DNA of 64,000 nucleotides from Mobula hypostoma (Eukaryota). Location: positions 112,470,001 to 112,534,000 of the forward strand of contig NC_086108.1 of the NCBI RefSeq assembly GCF_963921235.1, written 5' to 3'. The notes below the pieces were generated by a model that was not told the origin of the DNA, did not search any database, and worked only from the letters and a program-made list of their open reading frames with translations. Every line of letters begins with the position of its first letter. Within the stretch, counting starts at the first letter, position 1. A program made the translations under genes and the position numbers. Of this stretch, positions 11,886 through 24,560 are shown in pieces.

Positions 11886-14078
11886 TTTGAAGATTTGCTC
11901 AGCACACATTAACAGCCAAACATCTCAGTCGAGGGAAAGATCTGGGGGCCTGATAGCTAGAGAACACATACAGTTCTCACGCTATCCAGCCCAAGGGTGG
12001 GTTCGGAACATGTTGCAACATGGAGGCTCCCTGGCACAGAAACTTGTGCTTCTTACTGTCGAGGGCAGATAATAACAACCTCTCCTCAGGCAAAACCGTT
12101 CCGTGGGCTGAGGCCGGTGACTTACACTCCAACCTCCCTGAGTGACTCTGGGTACAGGGGGACCCTGGCAGCTGCAGGGATGCTGGAGTTTCTCTGACAT
12201 ACAGATATAAAGATGAAAGATTCGCTTCAGTTGTCACAGTATCTTTGATCAAAATCCAGAGACAGAAAACACAGATCACAAGTGATGTGAATCTCAATCC
12301 AGGTGGAAGAGTTGAATGTTTATTTTTTTTGAATTTAGAGATCCAGCACGGTGACTGGCCCCTTCTGGTCCAATGAGCCCATGCTGCCCTGTTACACCCA
12401 CGTGACCAAATAACCTACTGACCCCTACATCTTTGGAGTGTGGGAGGAAACCAGAGCACCTGGAGGAAACCCACACGGTCACGGAGAGAACGTACAAACT
12501 CCTTACAGAGAGCGGCTGAAATTGAACCTGGGTCGCTGGCTCTGTGAAGCGATGTGTTAACCACTGCACTACTGTGCTGCCTTCTAATGTCTAATACCAG
12601 AGCGCAAGCATTTAAAGTGAGAGGGGGTAAGTTCAAAGGAGATGCAGGTTCGATTGAGAGGTTTGGATAGGTACGCGGATGGGAGGCGTACAGAGGGCTC
12701 CAGTCCAGGTGCTGTTGGGACGAGACAGAATAATAGTTCAACATGGACGAGATGGGCCAAAGGGTCGGTTTCTGTTCTATGAGGTGTGATGGGCAAGTTA
12801 TTTTACACAGAGGGAGGAGGGTGCCTGGAATGCGTTGCCTGGGTTGGTGGTGGAGTCACCTACAATCAAGGCATTTAACAGGTTCTCAGACAGGCACAAG
12901 GACATTCAGAGAATGGCTAACACAAGGGGCACTATTTTACCGTGATTGGAGGAGAGTACAAGGATGTGAGAGGTAGGGTTTTGTTTACACAGAGACTGGT
13001 GGGTGTGTAGAGTGCCCTGGCAAGGGTGACGGTAGAGGCAGACACATTAAGGACATTTAAGAAACTCTAAAATAATCACATGGACGATAGAAAAATGGAG
13101 GGTTATGTGGGAGGGAAGGGTTAGATGGCATTTGCAAGACATGGCGACACTGCAGGCAGCTAACAAAACTACTAATAATTCCACTCAATATACTTTTTCA
13201 GAACGACAATCACTGTAACCTGCAGCCTGTAATTTCCTGCTGCGAGAGGTTATTTTGAACCATCTGTATGACCTGGTATTTTTGTGGTATTCTGAAATAT
13301 TTAGCAAACTGGACTCTCGAGAATGCAGGTATGGCCCCAGCAGCCATTGCTGGAGCAGATTTAGGGCCAGACCTGCAGCAGCAGGGCCCAGGCTCAAGAA
13401 TGGACAATGAACTGATTTGAATGAAATAGCCGATTTAAGCGCCAAGCTACATTAAAAAGATGAAGGCATTGAGGCCAACTGTGGAGGACAAACTGGTGTT
13501 CAGCTCACTGCTTTGTGAGGTTTTCCATCCACACTCGCCTTAGTGCTGAACCTGGCTCTGTGGCTGGGGCCTGCAGCCATTCAGTTCCTGGACCAGTTAT
13601 TGTGTTGAACTGGCTCTGTGGCACTGAACTCACTTTCGGGGACTCTAGTCCAGGTTCTGTGAATTGTTTGTTTGCTTTTTTTTTAAATTGTTTGCACAAT
13701 TTGTTCTTTCTTTTTCACACATTGGATGTTTGGTCTTTATGCTGTGGGATTTTTTATGGATTCTATTGTGCTTCTTTGCCTTGTGACTGCCTGCATGAAA
13801 ATGAATCTGAAGGTTGTATATGGTATACATACTTTGATAACAATTGTACTTTGAACACTGAATTTAATAAATATAGAAACACTCAGCACGTCAGTCAGCA
13901 TCTGTACAGAGAGGAACAGTACATTCTTCATTTCCACGTTAACCTTTTCTCAGTTACAAGTTTGGCAAAACATCATGGCTGAAGGGCCTGTAATGTTCTA
14001 TGTTATAGGTTGATAGATTAGCAAGTGTGTCCAATGTTACAGAAAGAAGGCAGGGGAATGGTGTTGAGAGGGAAAATA

Positions 14079-14555
14079 CACTCTGTGGCCAGGTTATTAG
14101 GTACAGCTGCTCATTAATGTAAATATCAGCCAATCGTGTATCAGCCACTTGATGCATAAGAGCATGCAGACATGGTCAAGAGGTTCAATTGCTCTTCAGA
14201 CCAAACTTCAGAATGGGGACAAGTGTGATCTCAGTGACTTTGGCTGTTGGTGCCAGACAGGGTGGTTTGACTATCTCAAAAACTGCGCATCTCCTGGGGT
14301 TTTCATGCGTAATTATCTCTGGAGTTCACAGAGAATTATGTGGAAAAACAAAAAAAAAATACAGTGAGTGGTAGATTGTGGGCAAATACACCTTGTTCAT
14401 GAGAGATGTCAGGGAAAAATAGCCAGATTGGTTTAAGGGACAGTAGTTCAAACTGACATTACACAGTAATCTCTAAACACACGTATCAAAAGTTAAAGTG
14501 GAAGGTCTACAGCAAAGAAGGAACAGGAGGAACCTAATAAAGTGGCCACTGAGTG
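14079..14555. mobile_element. Tc1/mariner-type non-autonomous element
   Basis: TIRs cactctgtggccaggttattagg / cctaataaagtggccactgagtg, flanked by TA on both sides. Splits a CR1 3' tail (gagggaaaata | aatcagccatg). Confidence 0.8.
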
Positions 14556-15615
14556 TAAATCAGCCATGATCGAATGGTGGAGCAGACTTAATGGGCCCAG
14601 TAGCCTAATTCTGCTCCACTGTCTTAGGGTCTGTTCAACGCCCCTACCAACGAAGGCAAGCAAGTCAAACGCCTTCCTTACCACTTTATCCACTTACATT
14701 ACAGACAAATTCCGGTAGCCATGATGGTAATATGTTTTTGTTAATGATGTTTATATGCTATCTGTGCTGTGTGTGACTGTTGGTACAGTGGTTTTGCACC
14801 TTGGCCCCAGAGGTTTAGCTATCTCCATGCGTATGGTTGAACTTGAACTCGTTACATATTCAACATTCAGCAGACTAGGAATGCTGGAAAAAATACCTTT
14901 AATAGTAAATGCATGAAGAAAGTGGATCATGTTGTTAAGATGCCAGTTCACCAGTTACACAACAGAAAATGTGACCAGTCAACCTTCCCTTTGAGCAGTA
15001 CTCTCTTCACTGCACCGTGCCCAGAAAACATCTCACGGTGCTTGTTAAATTAACAATGCCGTATCAAGTCTGTGTCGCAACGTTTGATAGTTTGCCTGCT
15101 ATTGGCACAGCTTAAGGGAGTCTCTTCCCTATACACCTGAAGGAATCCAGTAATCAATACACACACTTCACCGGATATTTCATGTTCCACACGGAGTTGT
15201 ATGAGGAGCGTTTGGTGGCTCTGGGCCTGTACTCAATGGAATTTAGAAAAATGAGGGGGGATCTCATTGAAAATTATCGCATTATGAAAGTGGACAGGAC
15301 TTTTCCTGTAGTGGGAGAGTCTAGGACCAGAGGGCACAGCCTCAGAATAGAGGTTACAGGGAAAAAGTAGGAGATTGAGGTTGAGAGAGATAATAAATCA
15401 GCCGTGGTGGAATGGCAGAACAGAATTGATGGCCCAAATGGCCTAATATTGCTCCATGTCTTATGTCCCTTTGGCTGTGTCTTCCACACACAACTGACAG
15501 TCTGGCTCTGGCTTTGTGACAATAACGAAGCCTCTGGTTTGCGAGGACAGCAGCCACTGTGATTGTGGACAAGCAGAGGGAACTCAGTGTATGCTACATT
15601 TAGCCACAGGGCATT

Positions 15616-15776
15616 TCACTCCTTGAAGCAGAACTCCTGCCTGAGGATTCGCTTTTCTTCCTCAACGAAACTCTTCTCCCTGTTGGCCTGCCCCTCATTC
15701 CGTTTCCTCTTCTCCTTCTGCTGGAACGTCTCCACTTTACGTTTCTTGCCAGAAGGTTCCTCGCTATTCTCCTCAT
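15616..15776 (-). CDS. C1orf52: C1orf52 coding exon 3 (terminal, includes TGA)
   Basis: Acceptor tctctgcctttcag|AT completes GAT (Asp) with the phase-1 G of exon 2. Then EENSEEPSGKKRKVETFQQKEKRKRNEGQANREKSFVEEEKRILRQEFCFKE*. KKRKVE matches the human C-terminus. Spliced product is 203 aa. Confidence 0.9.
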
Positions 15777-15809
15777 CTGAAAGGCAGAGAAAATACCCGT
15801 CAATAACAC

Positions 15810-16348
15810 CATAAGATATAGAAGCAGAATTGGGCTACTGGCCCATCAAGTCTGCTCCGCCATTCCATCCTGGCTGATTTATTAACCCTCTCAATCCCAT
15901 TCTCCTGCCTTTTCCCCGTAACCTTTGATGCCCTGACTAATCAATAATCTATCAACCCCTGCTTTAAATGTTCCCAATGACTTGGCCTCCACAGTTGTCT
16001 GTGGGAATGGATTGCACTGATTCCCTACCCTCTGGTTAAAGAAATTTCTCCTCATCTCTGTTCTAAAAGGATGTCCCTTTGTTCCAAGGCTGTTCCCTCT
16101 GGCCCAAGACTCCCCCGCCATAGGAAACATCTTCTCCACATCCACTCTATCGAGGCCTTTTAATATTCAATAGGTTTCCATGAGATCTCCCCTCATTCTT
16201 CTGAACTCCAGCGAGTACAGGCCCAGCGCCATGAAATGTACCTCGTACATAAACCCTTTCATTACCGGAATCATTCTCGTGAAGCTCCTCTGGACCCTCT
16301 CCAATGCCAGCACATCCTTTCTTAGAAAAGGGACCCAAAACTGCTCAC
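15810..16348 (-). mobile_element. CR1 3' fragment in C1orf52 intron 2
   Basis: ORF 15891..16145 (FRTEMRRNFFNQRV). The tail ends ~33 nt from the exon 3 acceptor. Confidence 0.85.
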
Positions 16349-16469
16349 TAGCACCAGTAGCACTAGAGGTCCCAACAAACGAAATCTCTGTTGTAAGGAG
16401 TTTGTACCAGACAGCATTTCAGAAACTCTCATCACTTGGCTATCCCTTCTCCCACCCACATAAGATAAG

Positions 16470-19045
16470 ATAAAACTTTATTTATCCCAAAGGAAATTAT
16501 TGTTGCAGGTTGCTCAGTCAGAAATATATACTTTAAAATACAAAACATAAACATTGAGGTACGAAAAAACACAAAATGTGCATTAAAAATAGTGCAAAAT
16601 ACAGATGTGCAATGAAACCATACACTTGTATACTTGAGGAGTTGTAGAGTCTTATAGCCACAGGGGGAAAGGATCTCCTGTGGTGTTCAGCGGTGAGCCT
16701 CGGTGGACTAAAGATGCTGCTCTGTTTGTCCAGTACGTCATGGAGGGGTGAGAGGGATGGTCCATAATGCTCCTCTCAGACACAGCCACCAGGGAACCCA
16801 GTTCCACCCCAGAACAGAAGCAGCCTTCCTGACGAGCTTCTCAATCTCCTTGGCATCAGCTGCTCTCACCCTGCTGCCCCAGCAGACCACAGCGTAGAAC
16901 AGAATGCTGGCCACCACTGACTCGTAGAAGATCTGCAGCATAGCACTGCAGACGTTGAATGACCGGAGCCTCCTCAGGAAGTACAGTCGGCTCTGTCCTT
17001 TCTAGTACCAGCCCCTGTATTTTTAGTCCAGTCTAGTTTATTGTCCAGGTGAGTTCCCAGGTATTTGTAGTCCCAGATGACTTCCATATCCGTTCCCTTG
17101 ATGGAGATGGGAATACAGGGTGGTTTCACCTTCCTGAAGTCCACCACCAAACTCCTTTGACTTAGTGATGTTGAGCTGCAGGTAATTCAGCCCAAACCAC
17201 TCAACAAAATTGTCCACCACTCTTCTGTACTCAGCCTCTTGACCCCGACTGACACAGCCCACAACCACCGAATCGTCCGAAAACTTCTGAAGGCGGCATG
17301 AATCCGAGTTGTATCCGAAGTCCAAGGTGTAGACGGTGAACAGAAGGGGGCAGGACAGTCCCCTGAGGCGTCCCTGAGCTACTAACCATAGTATCTGATA
17401 CACAGCTCACATAGAGGCAGAGTAGAGCAAGCCTCCAGAATTAGGACAACCAAGAGGTGTTCGCGGGAGGCAGAGGAGAGGCTATGGGATTACTTTGAGT
17501 CGGCGGGCTGGGCTGTGTTCAAGGACTCGTCAGCAGATCTGAATGAATACATGGACTTTATAAAAACAGTCGTAGACGAGAGCATCCCCACAAAATCATT
17601 CAAGGTCTTCCCAACCATTTACTGACGGCCAGCTCAGAGGCATTCAGGCCTGGCGACCGAGTAAGAAACAAGAAGTCCAGGTAGAATCTCAGGAAAGCCA
17701 TGTCACAGGCGAAGTGATAATTCCAGACGAAACCAAATCAGTGAGGAACGCTCGACAACTGTGGCAGGGCTTGAACGCTACTACCTCTTCCAAAGTGAAA
17801 CTGAGCAGCATAGGTGACAACAGGGCTTCACTTCCAGACGAGCTCAACGCCTTCCATGCTCGCTCTGACCGTTAACACCGTGATTTCAGTCTCTGAGGCC
17901 GACATAAGTTCTTCTTTCAGGAGGGTGAACTCGGGCCAGTCCGTGAGCCAGTCCTCATCGGGGGGTCAGAGCTGGAGAGGATCAGCAACTTTAAATTTCT
18001 CAGGGGACCTGTCCTGGGCGCAGCTCGCAACTGCCCTTACACAGAAAGCACGGCAGTGCCTCTACGTCTGAATGTGAAGATTGGGCATGACATCTAAAAC
18101 TCAGAATCAGGCTTAATACCACTGGCATATGTCATGAAATTTGTTAACTTAGCAGCAGCAGTACAATGCAATATGTGATAATATACAAAAAAAGTAATCA
18201 ATAACAGTAAGTGTGTGTGTATATATATAGCAGAGAGGAAGAAGCTGTTCCTGAATTGCGGACTGTACCTCCTACCTGATTGTAACAGTGAGAAAAGGGC
18301 ATGCCCTTGGGTGATGGGGGTCCTTAATAATGGATGCTGCCTTTCTGAGACACCTTTATTTGAAGATGTCCTGGGTACTTTGTAGGCCAGTACCCAAGAT
18401 GGAACTGACTAGATTTACAACTTTCTGCAGCTTCTTTCGGTCCTGTGCAGTAGCCCCTCCACACCAGACAGTGATGCAGCCTGTCAGAATGCTCTCCACA
18501 GCACATCTATAGAAGTTTTCGAGTGTCTTAGGTAACAAACCAAATCTCCTCACTCTTAACGAAGTATAGCTGCTGACTTGCCTTCCTTATAGCTGTATTG
18601 ATAGGATGGCACAAGGTTCGATCCTCAGAGATCTTGACACACAGGAACTTGAAATTGCTCACTCTCTTCACTTCTCATCTCTGAGTATTGGTTCGTGCTC
18701 CCTCATCCTACCCTTTCTGAAGTCTACAATCAGCTCTTTGGTCTTACTGAAATTGAGTGTGAGGTTGTTACTGCGACATCTAGCTGGTATATCTCGCTCC
18801 TGTACACCCTCTCTCTCGTTTCCACCCGAGATTCTGCACATCTATATGGAGTGCTGTCGCAAGAAAGCAGCATCCGTCATCCGGGACTCTCACCACCCAG
18901 GTCATGCTCTCTCCTCACTGTTGCCATCAGGAAGAAGGTACAGGTGCCTTAGAACCCTCAGCACCAGGTTCAGGAACAATTATTACCCCTCAGCCATCAG
19001 GCTCGTGAACCAGAGGGGTAACTCACCCCATCACTGAACTGTTCC
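16470..19045. mobile_element. Cluster of Rex1/Babar LINE fragments in both orientations
   Basis: ORFs 16738..16941 (FYESVVASILFYAVVCWG), 17038..17403 (QKFSDDS), 18356..18553 (FYRCAVESILTGCITVW) and the 3' part of 18606..19037 (LLPSGRRYR). Confidence 0.75.
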
Positions 19046-19069
19046 CAGCTCAAGATGGCAAAACCAGAG

Positions 19070-19538
19070 GGATGGGCATAGCCAAGCACACTCATTTGTC
19101 AATTGTTAGGAACTTTCAGACTATTCTAGTGGAGTTTAGTATTGTAACTTTCCAGAGATTTACATAAATATTGCTGCATAGGTCTAATTGTTTAATGCTG
19201 CTTTAAAGTGACTTCGGGATGATATCAGTTGTAGATATTACTATTGGGACAATATACACCCTGTTCATGGTCCAAAGTTTTCAACTGCTCTTCTAATTCA
19301 GCATATTTCTGGTGTTTTCACTTACTGATCTCTGTATGGTATGTGCGTTTGGAATGGCTATATCTATTAAGTTGTTCTTGATTGTTTATCCTGTAATATT
19401 ATATCCAGCCGGTTATTATGGACTGTCCTATCTGTAATGATAGATCAGTCATAATATAATTTATAGGACTCTGAACCTAAAACTGCATCAGACTTTTATT
19501 TATAGTAAGGTATTTTGTCTCTTTTGACTTTGTATTTT
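19070..19538 (-). mobile_element. R4-clade (Rex6/Dong-like) non-LTR retrotransposon 3' fragment with restriction-like endonuclease
   Basis: Manual translation through stops and frameshifts gives PYYK*KSDAVLGSESYKLYYD*SIITDRTVHNNRLDIILQDK..IDIAIPN..KYAEL..VYIVPIVISTTDIIPKSL..VTILNSTRIV*KFL, the typical RLE C-terminus. Confidence 0.75.
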
Positions 19539-20184
19539 AAAGCAAGATTTTGGTGAATGATGCTGGCCACTTGATTGTGCTTGTATCATTATCTTTTTTC
19601 TCTTTGTACTTGTGGTTTGTGCACTGGTTGTCCGCCCTGTTGGTGCAGTGATTCACTGATTCTATTATAGTTACTGGATTTATTGAGTATGCCCACAAGA
19701 AAATGAATCTCAGGGCTGTACACCGTGACACATATAGGCATCCGTTAGTCTCGTGAGACCATGGATTTGCGCCTTGGAAGGTTTCCAGGGTGCAGGCCTG
19801 GGCAAGGTTGTATGGAAGACCGGCAGTTGCCCATGCTGCAAGTCTCCCCTCTCCACGACACCGATGTTGTCCAAGGGAAGGGCATTACGACCCTCACAGC
19901 TTGGCACCGGTGTCGCCGCAGAACAATGTGTGGGCAATGTTAAGTACCTTGCTCAAGGACACATGGTGACATATATGTACTTTGATATTATGAAATTTGA
20001 ACTCCTCAGTGCTCAGTGTTGATTTTTGCACAGTGGTTGTCGAGTGCAGTCTTCCATCGATTCTATTGTGTGTCTTTGTAGTTATTGTAAATGCCTGCAA
20101 GAAAATGAACCTTGGGATTGTGTATGGTGATGTATATGTACTTTGATAATAAGTTCACTGAACTGTGATTGGGGCTGCACCCAC

Positions 20185-20377
20185 CTGACCCAGTGACCTC
20201 TGCTGCCTCAGCAAGTAGGCCTGACGTGCGCTGAGGAGCATCCTCCCCGTTGTCCTGGTACATGCTCGACCACCTCACCGCCATGTCTGCACCCGATGGC
20301 GCCTTCCTCTCCTCCACTGCGTAGGTTTCCGGTGGCGGTACGGCATTGCTTCTCCACACCTTGAACTCTCTCGGTGG
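20185..20377 (-). CDS. C1orf52: C1orf52 coding exon 2 (193 nt)
   Basis: Acceptor ttgccag|, then [64 protein letters not shown]+G, then donor |GTGGGT (phase 1). Matches the PPKEFKIWKSNYVPPPETY and DMAIKWSNIYEDNGDDAPQ motifs of C1orf52. Confidence 0.93.
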
Positions 20378-20387
20378 CTGGCAATTT

Positions 20388-20800
20388 GAACATAAAATAT
20401 AGGAGCAGAATTAGCCCATTTGGCCCATCAAATCTGCTCCGCTATTTCATCACGGCTGATCCAATTTTCCTCTCGGCCCCAATCTCCTGTCTTCTCTCCG
20501 TATCCCATTATGCCCCAACCAATGAAGAATCTATCAACCTCTGCCTTAAATATGCATAAAGACGTGGCCTCCACAGCTGCCTATGGCAAAGAATTTCACA
20601 GATTCACCACTCCCTGGCAAAAGAAATTCCTCCTCATCTCCGTTCTAAGAGGATGTCCCTCTATTCTGAGGCTGTGCCCTCTGGTCTTAGACTCCTGTAT
20701 CAAGGACTTTCACCATTCGTTAGGTTTCAATTAGGTTTCTAGTGAATACAGGCCCAGAGACATCAAATGCTCTTCATAAGACAAGGCATTCAATACTGAA
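20388..20800 (-). mobile_element. CR1 3' fragment abutting the C1orf52 exon 2 acceptor
   Basis: Reverse CR1 tail gaacataaaatataggagcagaattagcccatt begins ~10 nt from the AG. ORF 20420..20734 is antisense CR1. Confidence 0.85.
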
Positions 20801-21619
20801 ATGCTGATTAGAAATGAACTGAGCAGCCACAGAAATAAGGACGTTTTCTCTTGAGTTTTTACTAATCCCAAAGTACCAGTTAAGCAATTGTATATCGCAA
20901 GGTTGGTTTTGTGAAGCGACAGCTGCTTACGTTACAGCAGCCTCCCAGAAGGCGCCATGGTACTGTAACGGTTAGCACAACGCTGTTACAGCTCAGGGCA
21001 TTCGAGTCTGGCACCCTCTAAGGAGTTTGCATGCCCTCCCCATGGACTCTGTGGGTTTGCTCTGGGTGTTCCAGTTTCCTCCCGCAGCCCAAAGAATTAC
21101 CGGTGAGTAGGTTAATTGGTCATTGTAAGTTGCCTTGTGATTAGGCTAGGGTTAAATAGATAACCCTAGTCCACGCTGTAGCTGTAAATAAAGAAAACTA
21201 AACAGCAATGTGATAATAACTACATCTCATCCTTCTGCCACCATGACAAATGCATGGTAGTGAAGTGGTGAGTACAACAGCATCAGCGATCTGGGTTCAA
21301 TTCCCACCACTGTCTGTAAGGAGCCTGCACGTTCTCCCAGTGATCGCCTGCCCACCAGGTACTCTCCTTTCCTCCCACAGTCCAAAGTGAGTTTTGGTTA
21401 TATTATGTTGGTGCCAGAAGCATGGTGACCCAGCACATCGTGGGACTGTGTTAGTCAGTGACACAATTGCTGCATTTCACTGTATGTGTTGATGTTTCTA
21501 TGTACATGTGACAAATAAAGATCATCAGCCAGGACTTTTGGGTATCATCAACATTTCTAACTACCCAATAGAGGGCTTTGTTTTGATGTCTTGTTGCCCC
21601 ACTCAATACTACCTGACCC

Positions 21620-24560
21620 TACCCTGAGACTACTGACACCTGGACCTCGCCCTGCCCATTCTCCTAACCTCAGTCCTTCTGTAGCCTCTCTACATCCTCA
21701 AAACTACCTGTCCCTCCACCTATCTTCATATAGTCTGCAAATATGGCCACATGCCAAACCATTGACATACAACGTAGAATCGGTCCCAACACAGACCGCT
21801 GTGGAACACCACTAGTCAATGGCAGCCGACCAGAAAAGGCTCCTTTATTCCCACTCTTTGCCTCCTGCCAACCAGCCACTGCTTTATCCATTCTAGAATC
21901 TTCCCTGTAATACCACGGGCTCACAGCTTGTTAAGCAGCCTTGTGTGGCACCTTATAAAATGCCTTTTGAAAATCCAAGTACACAACATCAACAATTCTC
22001 TTTTGTCTATCCTGCTTGTTAGTTCTTCAAAGAATTCCAACAGATTTGTCTGGCAAGATTTTCCCTTGAGGAAACCGTGCTACGGTCTATTTTATCGTGT
22101 GCCTCAAAGTACCCTGAGACCTCATCATTAATAATTACTCCAACATCTTCCCAACCACTAAGGTCAGACTACCTGGCCTATTGTTTCCTTTCCTCTGCCT
22201 TTCTCCTTTCTTGAAGAGTGGAATGACATTTGCAATTTTCCAGTCTTCCGGAACCATTCCAGAATCTAGTGATTCTTGAAAGAGCACTACTAATGCCTCT
22301 ACGATCTCTTCAGCCACCTTTCAGAACTCTGGGGTGTACACCAGCTGGTACAGGTGACTTATCTACCTTCAGCTCTTTCAGTTTCCCAAGAATCTTCTCT
22401 CTAGTTATGGTAACTTCACACACCTCATAATCCCTGACACCTGGAACTTCCACCAAACTGCTAGTGTCTTCCACAGTGAAGACTGACGCAAAACACTTAT
22501 TCAGTTCATCCGCCATTTCCTTGTCCCCAATTACTACACCTCCAGCATCATTTTCCAGCAGTCCAATATCCCACTCTCATCTCTCTTTTACACTTTATGT
22601 ATCTGAAGAAATATTTGCTATCCTCCTCAATATTATTGGCTAGCTTATTTTTATATACCATCTTTACCTTCTTAATGATTTTCTTAGTTGCCTTCTGTTG
22701 GTTTTTTAAAACTTCCCAATCCTCTGCCTCCCACTAATTTTTGCTCTATTATATGCCCTCTCTTTGGCTTTTATGTTGGCTTTGACTTGTCCTATTAGTC
22801 ATGGTTGTGTCATCTTTCCTTTAGAATATTTCTTCCTCTTCGAGCTGTCCTTATCCTGAGCCTTCTGAATTGCTTCCAGAAATTCCAGCCACTGCTGCTC
22901 TGCCATCATCCCTGCCAGTGTTCTTTTCCACTCAGTTTTGACCAGACTGATCCTCTCTGGTGCCTCTGTAATTCCCTTTACTCCACTGCAATGCTGATAC
23001 ATCTGACTTTAGCTTCTCTTTCTCAAATTTCAGGGTGAATGCAATCATCCCTAAGGGTTCTTTTACCTTGAGCTCTCTTCAATTCCAGTTCATTGCACAA
23101 CACCCAATGCAGAGTAGCTGATCCCCTGGAGGGCTCAATCACAAACTGCTTAAAAAAGCTTACTTGTAGGCACTCTAGAAAATCCCCCTCCTGTAATCCA
23201 GCGCCAACCTGATTTTCCCACTCTGCCTGCATATTGAAATCCCCCGTGACTATTGTAACATTGCGCTTTTGGCTGCATTTTCTATCTCCCACTATAACTT
23301 GTCGGCCACATCCTTACTACTGCAGTTTGGGAGTCTGTATACAACTCCCATCAGGGTCTTTTTACTTAGCTCTATCTACAATGATTCAACACCTTCTAAC
23401 CCTTTGTCACCTCTTTCTAATGATTTGATTTCATTTTTTACCAACAGAGCAACACCTTCCTGCCTGTCCTTTCAATAAAATGTGTATCCTTGGACATTAA
23501 GCTCCCAGTTATAATCTTTCAGCCATGATTCAGTGATGCCTACAACATCATATCTGCCAATCTGCAACTGTGCTGCAAGTTCATCGACCTTATTCCATAT
23601 ACTGTACGTATTCAGATACAACACCTTCAGTCCTGTATTCACCCTTTTCGATTTTATCCACCTCTTACATTGCAACTCATCCTGTTGACTGTCCTATCAA
23701 CAGCCTCTCCTCACTGCACATTGCCACTGTTACCTCATCTTCAGCACTATCACTCCAGTTCCCATCCCCCTGCCAAATTAGTTTAAACCCTCCCAAACAA
23801 CTCTCACCAACCAGATGGTCTCTGGCCTAAGCTCCACGGCCTGTACTCTGCGGTCTGTGGTCTATGATCTCTAAACTGAGGTCCACGGCCTGTGCTCTAC
23901 GGTTTGACCCTCTGGTTTAGGTGTAACCTGTCCCTTTTGTACAGGTCATACCTTTCCCAGAAAAGATCCCAATGATCCATAAATCTGAACCCCTGCCCCC
24001 TGCACCAGTTCCTCAGCCACGCACTCACCTGCATATTCATCTTAGTCCTACCCTCAGTGGCATGTGGCACATGCAGCAATCTAGAGATTACTACCATAGA
24101 GGTCCCGTTTCTCAGCTTTCTACCTAACTCCCTAAGATCTCTCTTCAGGACCTCCTCACCTTGTTTACCAATGGCACTGGTGCCAATATGTACCTCGACT
24201 TCTGGCTGAGCACGCTCACCTTTGACAATGCCATGGACACGATCTGAGATATCCCAGATCCTGGCACCAGGGAGTCAGCATACCATCTGGATGTCTCTAT
24301 CACACCCACAGAACCTCATCTCCGTTCCTCTGAGCAAGGTATCTCCTATCACCACTACAGTCCTCTTCACCACTCTGCTCTTCTGACTGGGTGCCAGAGA
24401 CCCGGTCATCGTGGCTTCACCTGGGTGGCCGTGCTCCTCTGGTATCTCAAGTTGTGTACTTACTACTGAGGGGAACGGTCACAGGGGTGCTCTGCACTGG
24501 CTGTGTGCTTCCCCTCCTTGTCCAGTTACTCACCTACAGCATTCTCGCCTCTCCTTATTT
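21620..24560 (-). mobile_element. Long degenerate CR1 (ORF1 esterase-like region, APE endonuclease, part of RT) in C1orf52 intron 1
   Basis: ORF 23897..24097 (WLRNWCRGQGFRFMDHW..DRLHLN, SGNH-type ORF1), ORF 23472..23675 (LYLNTYSIWNKVDEL..DVVGITESWL), ORF 23023..23292 (GDFN), ORF 22135..22317 (PEDWKIANV) and ORF 21670..21924 (GVPQ, FAD). Confidence 0.85.

Noticed and set aside
11200..11909. His/Thr- and Cys/Val-rich ORFs
   Set aside because: Translations of (TG)n/(CA)n low-complexity DNA.
15600..15812. 70-aa Arg-rich minus-strand ORF
   Set aside because: Alternative frame of C1orf52 exon 3. Splice phase selects the EENSEE frame.
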